Shown here: positions 51,370 to 62,230 of the stretch, one piece after another | Layout of the letters: each line of letters opens with the position of its first letter | Numbering within the stretch: the stretch's first letter is position 1 | Source of the DNA: Mobula birostris | Lineage: Eukaryota | Assembly (NCBI RefSeq): GCF_030028105.1 | Contig: NC_092370.1 | Coordinates: 198,134,005 to 198,198,004, forward strand | Reading direction: 5' to 3' | Length of the DNA stretch: 64,000 nt | The notes under the pieces: model-generated | The model's database searches: none | Seen by the model: the letters and a program-made list of their open reading frames with translations, nothing else | Told to the model about the DNA's origin: nothing | Made by a program: the position numbers and the translations under genes

Positions 51370-51708
51370 CTTATAAAAACAACCACTGCGCTGGCTGACG
51401 CATGTATGAGGAGATTAGCTCTGCCTCTCTATTCAAATCTCGCTACTCTGATTCCAACCCATCCACAGCAGCAGCACGAGAGAACAGGAAGTGTTCAGAT
51501 TCGGGCTTGAGGGATCGTCTCAGTTCACGTGTTATAAAAAGGTTCCCAGGGAAACAGCACATCAGCATCCAAAGCATGCTGCTTCGCCTCCAAACAATCA
51601 TTCCAACAGCAGACTAGGCTTCATCACTGGGTTTCCAGCACAGTGTCTGAAATGTGTGCAGCTATAAGGAACTGTAACTCCAAATAACTCCAGGAATCAC
51701 TGCAGAAG
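51370..51708 (+). promoter_or_regulatory. Putative internal promoter and 5' UTR of the short slc35f3 isoform
   Basis: TATAAAA at 51372-51378 and 51533-51539; CRE-like TGACGCA 51396-51402; ETS site ACAGGAAGTG 51484-51493; E-box CACGTG 51526-51531; palindrome TTCCCAGGGAA 51543-51553. CpGs are locally retained in otherwise AT-rich sequence directly upstream of the exon. Confidence 0.6.
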
Positions 51709-51784
51709 ATGAAGAAGCATTCGGCTAGAGTGGCACCAATAGTTGCTTACAGTGCCTCAGTTTTAACAGCTTCAACAATAGAAG
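51709..51784 (+). CDS. slc35f3: First coding exon of the short isoform of SLC35F3 (solute carrier family 35 member F3, putative thiamine transporter); downstream exons not found in this window
   Basis: ATG at 51709 reads MKKHSARVAPIVAYSASVLTASTIE plus one G, then a GT donor (GAAG|gtagcc, phase 1). Recalled human SLC35F3 short isoform starts MKKHSARVAPLSACNSPVLTLTKVEG: first 10 aa identical, VLT and EG at the same positions, same length. In-frame upstream stop TAA at 51685-51687. Context gaagATGa. Confidence 0.88.
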
Positions 51785-54700
51785 GTAGCCACAATATATT
51801 TTAGATCTCACCTTTTGCATATCCATCCATTTTGATATCAAAGTTATTTAATATATATAAAACTGCTCTGAGTCGGTGTTTTGGGAAATGAATCCAACCA
51901 CTGGTAATTTAAAGGTGTATTGATGTTTAATTCGTGATGTATTACACATGACAACAAAGAAATGAAAAAGCATTGTAATAGAGTATACAGGTCCTATTGC
52001 TGTTAATTGTTCTGGTGTAAAGCTTTCGACATTTTCCTGATCTCTGTTGACTTGGCACTTGTTGTGTACATGGTCAGCTGACAACAAATAAATAAATAGA
52101 GTTCTTAATGTTTACAGTGGTCAGATTAAGAAGTTACAGTTAGACTTTAAAAAACAGATCTCAGTGGAATCGATCTATTCTGCTTGCATATTGGTTCTTT
52201 GCAGGATGGGGGGGGGAGTTAAATTTATTATGGTTTGTGTTCTATATTTCATCGGGGGACCAGGTTGTTGTGCTTGCAGCTTTTCTTCTGCTATTAGTTG
52301 TAAAACTTCTGTAAAACAATCAAATGTTGATAGATTAAATCATAAAGGACCTTGACACTCATTGCTTCGTATCCCTGAACAGGAAAGGATCGTATATCAT
52401 TTTTGTGTTTACTACATTACTGTTTAAACCTTTTTGTTTCTATAGTAAGTGCTAGCTTTAAGGGAGTTTTTTTTCTTTATAAAGATAGTTAATATGACCT
52501 TTTAAAATATTTGCTAATAGCTGCACAATATCAGTGAAACCAGTCAATGGAACTAATTGTGCAGATGTGGCTGCTTTAAGTTATCAGATACAACTCCCTC
52601 AGAAATTTCCTAAACAATTATAAGGACTCATTTTAAATCATTAATATTTCTTCTGAAATAACTTTACCTATAAGTTCTGTAGGTTAGCAACAGGTGGAGA
52701 TTTAATGCAAAACTACATTAATAGCAATTTTTCTTTATTGAAATAAACAAATCATGTAAAATAGTATAATAAGAGATTGTCAATCTTTCCAAGAAATGAC
52801 TTCAGGCTTTTAATCCAGCCTCAGCCATTGTAAATATTGATACATATACTGTATGCATTTTACAGTTTGGATGATTTCTTCTGAAAGGAAAAATTATGGT
52901 TAATTTTTCACACTTATGTTTAAGATATGAATTAAAAATCCAAGAATATATGCGAATATATTGATGTGTGCTCTGTTGTCTAGTTCTACTAACAATGCAA
53001 CATCCAGTTGGTTGAAATTTATGCAGTTCATCAAAAAAGGATGTACAGCCAATGAAGAAGGATTTGGATTGTAATTTGCATAATGCGATTCTAATGTGAG
53101 ACTGAAAGGATGAAGTGGTCGGTAGAATTGCATAAGGTTTTGTCTTGTAGATGTTGCTTTCTCAAGAGAAATCCATGCTCAGACCTACGAATGTACAAAC
53201 AAAAAAAAATTGAGTAATGGAACTGTTGCAGCTACAACAGCAACAATAATGGAAGTGTCCAAAATTCGCTGTGGTAAGGCACGGTCTACTGGCCATTTGC
53301 TTCTTGGCAGAAATGTCATTGTAGCCATTCAGTTCTATTGTGTGGGGACTGTTTTTTCCCTCCAGAAAACCTTATTAGATAATCTGTCATCAGAATTAAT
53401 GGGAATGACAAACACCAAAAAAGTAGCAGTAACTGCAAATATGATCAACCTCATTCATTCCTCAGATAGTCTGTCCTGTTACCAATTCACAACACTGACT
53501 GCAAACACTAAGTTTTTATAGCCCACTAAGTTGTAATGTTTTACCTGATTTTTTTCTTTCAAAATGTAAGTCTATTTAGAAAGAACTCTATGGAAATTAT
53601 AGCTTCTTTTTGGTCAGAAGGAGGTACAAACAAAATTGTTCCTGGCCAATTTCCTCGGTTGAAGACAGGTTAATTAAATAATAGTGTTCTCTTACTTCAC
53701 CCATGTGCCATCATGACCTAAATAGTTTAATGATACCACAGTCGGGTTGTTTTTCTTGGGTTAGATGTAAAACAATATTCTTATTGTGTTATTCTATCTG
53801 CTGGAGTGTTGACTGGGATTTGTGGCCACTGCTAGTTAGAAGCAAGCTGAAACAGGAAAACACTTTATGTAATTATTACAAGAGAAACAAGATTTCTTTC
53901 CTGTCCATAACATGACAATTTTTTGTGGGATAAATGGCCCTTCAGTTCTTAGTTTCATGTTGTTCTCCACTTTAGTTTCTGAAAATAACGTTTGAGAAGA
54001 GTTTGCTGGATGATAACTGCACCTCCTATTTGTTGATGGCAGAGGGTATTTCTATTGGCAAAGAATCGACTCCTTAGTCTCCTGCTTTCTTACATTATCT
54101 GTTAATGATCCTCTTGACCCTGCTCTGCATTATTCCTGTCCTTTGCTGCTCAGCCATTTTTCTGTTACTGCCACTCTCTCCGACTCTTTTATTGTTCCCA
54201 ATTCCCCCAAAGTTATACCAGCAGCTTTCTAATTTCCTTCCTGAGATCTCTTCCAGTTGCTGGTACATCTTCCATTGCCCCCTTCCACCTCCTCAACTAT
54301 TAACCAACAGTTCCATGAAATACAAAAATGGAGGGATTTTATTTTTAACTTAGCAGCTGGGAAGCTAGTGTTAGCCAAGCAGTTGTCTTTTACATACAGT
54401 ACATTGCTTGATTTCTTTTCTAAAAGGAATGATGATAAATTCTCATCTGAAGGATATTGAAAGGCACTTCTTTTTGGTTGAGATTTAAATGGAGCATCCA
54501 ATGAAATTCCTGGAAAAAGCCTGAAATATCAAAGCGATAATAATAAATTTCACACTATCTACTGCACCTACAGAAGAAGGAATGCTTACTGTATTGCAAG
54601 CAGTGCTTAACCCCCATGGGAATGGGCAAATGCTCTCAGCATAACTCATAATTCATAACTCATCAGTGTGGTGTAGTCATTCTCCAACAACTTGCCAGAT

Positions 54701-55739
54701 TGGTTTCTGTGTATAGAAGCCCTCTGAAATATCATTGTTAAATGATTTCTCTCCACAAGTTTTATCATGACAGAGCCAGCACTCGTATAGATGCAAATTA
54801 ATAATCCTGTCAACATGTGCTTCCCTGATGGCTTCCAATTTCATATGAAAATTAGCAATGCTGGTAAGATGAGTAATCATTTCCTGAGGATATTGGGGTA
54901 TAAACTCAAGATGATCGCAACAGTTTTACAAGGAGAAGAGGTGGAATGATGGCACATTTGCCAGACTGTCAGTTTAATTGCCATCCACCACAAATGGACA
55001 TGATCCTCCTTTGACAGTGTAAATTATTGTCCTGCACCTATTTCTCTTTTTCCTTGTGCACATGGTCATTTTGTGAGTGTTGAATTTAAACCCAATGAAG
55101 ATGATGGAGTACTTAAATCATTGGCTTTTTATGCTTTAATACTACGGACCTCATATGTGTATTTTAATCTTGGTTGCGTTGGAAATCTTCTTTGTGTAAC
55201 CTTGCTTTGGAACTCACTCCTTAAAGAGATATTCCCAGTCTAAGTTCCCATGAGAAAACTGGGCATATTGTTGACAGTTGTGGCTCTGCTGAATTTTATT
55301 CTAAAATTCTTCTTCAAATCCCCACCATGGCCTTGCCCACTTCTTCCGCCACAGCTTCATTCTATGATTAGCACTCCCAGTGAAGAGTTCCCACCAAAGA
55401 AACACCTATTAGAAATTCAGGCATTGAGTTTGCCAATTTCCATGTTGCTATCAGACAATACAATGTATTGTGATCTCATGAGGGTGGTCAGATATTGGGC
55501 TGGTTTCTTAATTAGTTATTTTGGATATAATGATTATATGAAATTCCCAGTGTTGTGTGAATGTCCGCATAGAACATCCTCTATGTGTTTATATACTAAC
55601 TTAGTTCTATGAACATGCTAATGCACTCCTTCCTCTGTTGATTAACTTTCAGTAGTGAAATTCTAGACAGATTCATTTGATGGGTGTATCATTTTTACTA
55701 CTAGTAACCTGTGGAATTCTACTGTCTGCCTTTAAAAAT

Positions 55740-55880
55740 GAAACCATCCATCCCTACTTTCTCTACTACTGAAAAGTACCTAGTTTTCTGTCTTTTCCAA
55801 TTCTGATGAAAGGTCCCAGCCCCGAAACATTAACAGTTTCTCTTTACGTCTGACCTGAGTATTTCTGGGATGTGACTACA
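55740..55880 (+). mobile_element. Old Penelope pLTR remnant with hammerhead core
   Basis: ctgatgaaaggtcccagccccgaaacatt at 55803-55831. Confidence 0.6.
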
Positions 55881-55959
55881 CATATTTTGTGGAACAGACA
55901 ACTAGGACTTGATTGTCATATCAAAATATGGGGTCAGTAAAGCAAAGTCTAGTCTAAAA

Positions 55960-56605
55960 ACTTTGAAGAAATTGATTGACGAGGGTAGAGTACTAGAAGC
56001 TGTTTGTATATTTGGAATTTAGTAAAGCTTTTGATACCCCACTTGGTTTGCAGAAATGATTACAGCATATGGGATCCATGGAGTGTGAATAGGTTGGATT
56101 CAAAATTGGCTTGGCTATAGAAGACAGAAGGTCATGGTGGAGGGATGTTATTCTGATTGGAAGTCTGTGATTATTGGTGTTTTGTAAGGATCAGCATTGA
56201 GTCCTCTGTTGTTTTTGATTTGTGTGTGGTTTAGGCAAAACGGCAACTGGGCTGACCACATAACACATCTTTACCTCCTCCCTACTCTCCACATTCTGAA
56301 GGGATCGCTTCCTCCATGATTTGCTTGTCTATTCATTCCTTCCCACTAATCTTCTTCTTGGCGCTTATCTCTGCAAGTGGCAGAAGTGCTACACTTGCCC
56401 ATTTATCTCCTCTCTCATCTCTGTTCAGGGCCCAGAATAGTCCTTCCAGGCGAGGCAACAGTTCACATGTGAATTTGTTGGGGTTGTCTACTGTATTCAG
56501 TTCTCCCGGTGTAGCCTCCTCTATATTGGAGAGACCTGATACAGACTGGGGGACTGGGGGATTGTTTTGTTAAGTACCTAAGTTCCATCTGCAAAAAGCA
56601 GGACC
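55960..56605 (+). mobile_element. CR1 RT fragment (55960-56255) followed by a Penelope endonuclease fragment (56262-56605)
   Basis: tttagtaaagcttttgata (FSKAFD); ggggttgtctactgtattcag...ctatattggagagacc (GVVY...YIGET). Confidence 0.75.
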
Positions 56606-58251
56606 CATGTATGCAGAATGGAATGATTCATCTCTTGAGGAACAATGAAAAGAATTGAATAGATAATAATGAGACATGCTCAATTTTGCAGTTTTAAAAA
56701 ATCTATAAAAATACCATCTATATGACTATGAGGTAGGTTTGAGATACTAACTCCCTATGAATTTTAATCAAATTTATTGACACAATTTTGTACTGCTTCT
56801 CCAGGATGCAATAATAGAGACATAATCACATAACCTGAATATATATATAAAACCATAGAATTATAGAACACACAGCTGGCATTCTGACCTCATGTCCATA
56901 CTGGCTGCTTGAAAGAGCTAGCCATTAATTGCTTTCTTCTGGTATTGATCCAAAGCCTGAATTTTATGAGTATGCATTTTAACAGAAATGCAATTTATCT
57001 CCTCCTCCTTCTGTCCTCCTACAGTACCCTCCAGAGATAAGCTGGGGTCTGATCTGAAATCTGGTTTTAATAATCAATCTCCATTGGGGAGGCACTTTGT
57101 TCATCTGAATGCCCTGAGAAATAATTAATACCAACTGCACTGCAGACTTGCATATTCATTTCCTCCTGCTAGATGTCAAAGGATTGATAGCGTCAACACT
57201 AACCTGTCAGCATGATCATCAGGATTATCTATGAAAAGCAACCGCCTGGAAGCTGCTGATGCCATAGAAAAATGCATCAAAACAATAATATGTCAATGAT
57301 ATTCTCAAAGGGGAATTTCAATTAATCATGAAATTGATAATGAGAAATTGCTTCATTAGACACCAATGTAATTTTTGTATAGCATTTTATAAATTTTATA
57401 ACCAACTATCATTGGATGGAATTTCTAACACCATGTTTTTCACTGAACCTATTACTTGACAGCATGAGCGAAGTTGTGTTCTCAAGTTAACTTTCCTAGG
57501 TTTACCTTGAGAAGTTCATTTGTAATGATAAAATAAGAAATATAGTAAACTCCAATGCCTTTAGTTCATAAGTTTATGACTGATTACACAAATTTGGTGC
57601 TGGGCACAATGTTGACCTGGATGCTTCTTTACTGCTACATACAAGATCCTGGACATGATCAGACCTGTACACAGTGGCCTTAAAGGGGAATACAATAACA
57701 CAGTATAACAGTAACAGCTTCACAACTATAGCCCTTCTCATTTCATCATCAAGAAATCTCGTTCAACAGCCAAAATCACAAAAGTCAAGAAGAAGTAGTT
57801 AAATGCAATGGATCAACCGTAGGGGTATTCCATAGAAAATGGGAAAACTATTAAAATCAGCACACTGCCATACCGATTACAGCCATCTTTCGGGCATCCT
57901 CTGCAGCTCGCTGAGTCAGGCATTTGGGCACAACATTAAAACTCAGGTCAGATGTCCTATTTTAGAATTCCTTCCTGAAACCAGGCTGGCCAGAGCTAAG
58001 CCCAGCTTTTCCTTTCCTGGTCACTATTTGAAAATTGGCTACCAATATGTTTTGTTTTAAATAAAATGTGTTTTCATAGAAGGCCAAGTGGAATACTGAA
58101 GATTACTGCAAACTTTTGTTCTTCCTCACACCACAGAGGGCCACCTCTACCAAAACTGGTGAGCCTGATTGGATGGACTGAAATGAATGAGCTGCCTCCA
58201 GTCCACAGGTTTTACCAGAAGCAGCTCCCAGTTATTATAATGTGAGTTTTC

Positions 58252-59262
58252 ATAGTCATAGTCATAGTCATACTTTATTGATCCCGGGGGAAATTGGTTT
58301 TCGGTACAGTTGCACCATAAATAATAAATAGTAATAAAACCATAAATAGTCACCGGTACCTTAGCTCTCCTCAGGTCTACCACCAGCTCCTTAGTCTTTT
58401 TCACATTAAGCTGCAGATAATTCTGCTCACATCATGTGACAAAGTTTCCTACCGTAGCCCTGTACTCAGTCTCATCTCCCTTGCTGATGCATCCAACTAT
58501 GGCAGAGTCATCAGAAAACTTCTGAAGATGACAAAGCTCTGTGCAGTAGTTGAAGTCCGAGGTTTAAATGGTGAAGAGAAAGGGAGACAAGACAGTCCCC
58601 TGTGGAGCCCCAGTGCTGCTGATCACTCTGTCGGACACACAGTGTTGCAAGCACACGTACTGTGGTCTGCCAGTCAGGTAATCAAGAATCCATGCCACCA
58701 GGAAAGCATCCACCTGCATCGCTGTCAGCTTCTCCCCCAGCAGAGCAGGGCAGATGGTGTTGAACGCACTGGAGAAGTCAAAAAACATGATCCTCACAGT
58801 GCTCGCTGACTTGTCCAGGTGGGCGTAGACACGGTTCAGCAGGTAGACGATGGCATCCACAACTCCTAGTCGGGGCTGGTAGGCGAACTGGAGGGGATCT
58901 AAGTGTGGCCTGACCATAGGCCGGAGCAGCTCCAGAACAGGTCTGTCCAGGGTCTTCATGATGTGGGAGGTCAATGCCACCGGTCTGTAGTCATTGAGGC
59001 CACTGGGGCGCGGCATCTTCGGCACAGGGACGAGGCAGGACATCTTCCACAGCACAGGAACCCTCTGGAGCCTCAGGCTCAGGTTGAAGACATGGCGAAG
59101 TACTCCACATAGCTGAGGGGCACAGGCTTTGAGCACCCTGGTACTGACACCATTCGGTCCTGCAGCCTTGCTTGGGTTGAGACGATTCAGCTGTCTTCTC
59201 ACCTGTTCAGCTGTGAAGCCCACCATGGTGGTTTCATGTGGGGAAGGGGTATGGTCAGCTTC
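58252..59262 (-). mobile_element. Rex1/Babar LINE with open RT core and internal 3' deletion
   Basis: ORF 58564-59277: KAAGPNGV, LNDYRPVALTS, LDPLQFAY, FFDFSSAFNTI, TGAPQGTVLSPFLF; (CATAGT)n tail at 58252-58272. Confidence 0.93.
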
Positions 59263-60374
59263 AGCTGTGCCGCCCAATGAGTAGATAACTCTGTTGTATT
59301 AAAGTAAAGAAGCACTTCTAATTGACAGCTCAAAAATTAATGAGACTTGTTTTCATGAGTTGCCAGCTTTTTTTTGAAATTCTAACATGTAGAATTGTTA
59401 TATTCCAACTTTATAGAGTGTTTGCCTATAATGAAGTCAGCGGTAATAAACTTCTGTTTGACAAAGATAAAAGAGGAATCTGAGCAATTAAATAGTCTAA
59501 CATTTCTTAGAATGCCATCTACTTTGTGCTGCTTAACTTGATATCTATTATAGTTTAGTATACAGAGAAATGCTTTGTTAGTTTCTGTTCTATATCTGGC
59601 AGTTTCTGGTTGAGCTGGAATGTTCTCTGGGAGGATGCTAAAGGCTTTCCATCATCCATTTGATCTTTTTTTTTCCCCAGCATGCTAATGATGTGATTTT
59701 AGCTTTCACTGTATCAATGGGAAACAAGCCATTTGACAGACTGTAGAATGAAATCATGCAAAAAGCAGGCAGAAATAGCATCATGCTCCTTTTCCTTGGG
59801 ACTGCTGCTAATTCCAGTAAAGCATTAAATGCAGGAAAATGACTGCATATAAACTGATGTTTCAAAAGCAGAGCATCAAATTTTGACTTGTGATCATCAA
59901 GCCACTTTTGATACATTCTCTCCCATATGGCCTCACCAAACATGAGGGGAAGTGGGAATAGTAATTTAATGGTAAAAATCCAGAGAAGATTATTAAATGA
60001 AGAGTGAAGAAAAGCTTCTGTCACTTGAGAGCTTTCTTTAATAATGGTTGAATAGTACAATATTTGCCCCTTAATTTCATATAGTAATTTTGGAGAAATT
60101 AACATGGCTGTCAAGGCCAGCATTTACTGCTCAACCCTAAATGCCCTTCAATTGAGTGGCTTTGTAAAGTAATCAAGGGCAGTGAAGAGTTATATATTGG
60201 TACTGCTGCAGTCATATTTAGGCTAGAGGAAGTGAGAATGGCAGATTTCTTCCTCTGATGGATGATTGCAAACCAGATGGAATATGTGCAACAATTTAGT
60301 AGCATTGTGCAGTCATTGCCAAATTAAACACCACAGCTGCCATGAGTGATTTATACTCCTGGCCCTGGGATAAC

Positions 60375-62230
60375 TATCATAAGACATAGCAGCAGAATTA
60401 GGACCTTCTGCCCATCGAATCTGCTCCACCATTCCATCATGGCTGATTTACTATTCCATCCAATCCCCTTCACCTGCCTTTACTCTGTAACCTTTGATAC
60501 CCCAACTAATCAAAAACCTATCAGTCTCCATTCTAAATATACTTAATGACATAGCTTTCACAGCCACCGATGGCAATGAATTCCACAGATTCACCACCCT
60601 CATTAAAGAAATTCCTCCTCTTCTCTTTTTTAAATGGACATCCCACTATTCTGAGGTGTGATCGCTAGTCCTAGACTCACCCATTATAGGAAACATCCTC
60701 TCCACGTCCACTCTGTCTAGGCCTTTCAATATTTGATATGTTTCAGTGAGATTCCCCCTTCATTCTTTTTAACTCCAGTGAGTGCAGGCCCAGAGCTGTC
60801 AAACACTCCTCATGCTTTAACCCTTTCATTCCTGGAATCGCTCTCGTGAACCTCCTCTGGACCCTCTGCAATCTGCACATCATTTCTTAGATAAGGGGCC
60901 CAGAACTGCTTACAATACTCCAAGTGTGGTCTGACCAGTGCCTTATAAAGCCCACCATTACATGCTTGCTCTTATATTCTCATCCTCTCGAAATGAGTAC
61001 TAACATTGTATTTGCCTTCCTCACCACCAACTCAACCTGCAAGTTAATCTTTAAAGAATCCTGCACAAAGAGTCCCAAGTCCCTTTGCACCTCTGATTTT
61101 TCAATTTTCTCCCAATTTAGAAAATAGTCTATGCTTTTATTTCCTCTAACAAGTTACATGGCCATATATTTCACTACACTATATTCCATCTGCTACTTCT
61201 TTGCCCATTCTCCCAATCTGTCTAAGTATATCTGTGGACTCCCTGCTTCCTCAACACTACCTGCCTCTCCAACCATCTTTGTATCATCTGCAAATTTGGC
61301 CACAAAACCATCAACTTCATCATCCAAATCACAGACATACATATAACATGAAATTAAGCAGTCCTAATTCTGATCCCCGCAGAACGCAACTAATCACTGG
61401 TAGCCAACCAGAAAAGGCCCCCATTTATTCCCACGCTTTGCTCTCTGCCAGTCAGCCAATCTCTGTCTAGGCTAGTATCTTTCATGTAATACCACGGGTT
61501 CTTGTTTAGCATTCTCATGTGCAGCACCTTGTCAAACGTGTTCTGGAAATCCAAGTAAACAGCATCCACCTGCTCTCCTTTGTCCACCTTGCTTGTTACT
61601 TCCTCAATGAATTCCAACAGATCTGTCAGGGAAGATTTCCCCTTAAAGAAACTATGCTGACTTTGGCCTATTTTATCGTGTGCCTCCAAGTACCCCAAAA
61701 TCTCATCCTTAATAATACACTCCAATGTCTTCTTAACCACTGAAGTCAGGCCAAATGGCCTATAATTTCTTTTCTTCTGCCTCTCTCCCTTCTTAAAGAG
61801 TGAGGTGACATTTGCAATTTTCCATCCTTCCAGAACCATTCCAGAATCTAGTGATTCTTGACAGATCATTACAAATGCCTCCACAATCTCTTCAGCCACC
61901 TCTTTCAGAATCCAGAAGAGTTGTCCATCTGGTCTGGGTGACTTATCTACCTTCAGACCCTTTCAGCCTCCCAAGCACCTTCTCCTTAATACTGGCATCT
62001 GTAATCATTTCTGCACACTGATCCTCCTGAGTTTCAGACATACTGCTAATGTCTTCCACAGAGAAGACCAATACAAAATACTCAATAAATTCTTTCACCA
62101 TTTCTTTGTCACCCATTACTACCTCTCCAGCGTCATTTTCCAGCAGTCCGTTATTTACTCCCACCTCTCTTTTACTCTTTATATCACTGAAAAAAACTTT
62201 TGGTATCATCTTTTATATTATTGGCTAGCT
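60375..62230 (-). mobile_element. Decayed CR1 LINE (same family as 809-1790)
   Basis: WKIANVTSLFKKG, NYRPFGLTSVV, YLDFQNTFDKV; tail cataagacatagcagcagaattagg. Confidence 0.92.

Noticed and set aside
51402-51617. 71-aa ORF as the host gene exon
   Set aside because: No recognisable homology; it overlaps the promoter motifs. The recognisable peptide starts at 51709.
54660-55020. Possible Harbinger-like transposase remnant (ORF 54677-54880, minus)
   Set aside because: Only a vague resemblance; no catalytic motif or TIRs could be identified.
59638-60123. 161-aa hydrophobic ORF as a downstream transporter exon
   Set aside because: It is on the wrong strand for slc35f3, has no similarity to the SLC35F3 sequence I recall, and has no convincing splice signals.
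60105-60372. Old SINE remnant
   Set aside because: Probably a real repeat, but too degenerate to assign family or boundaries by eye.
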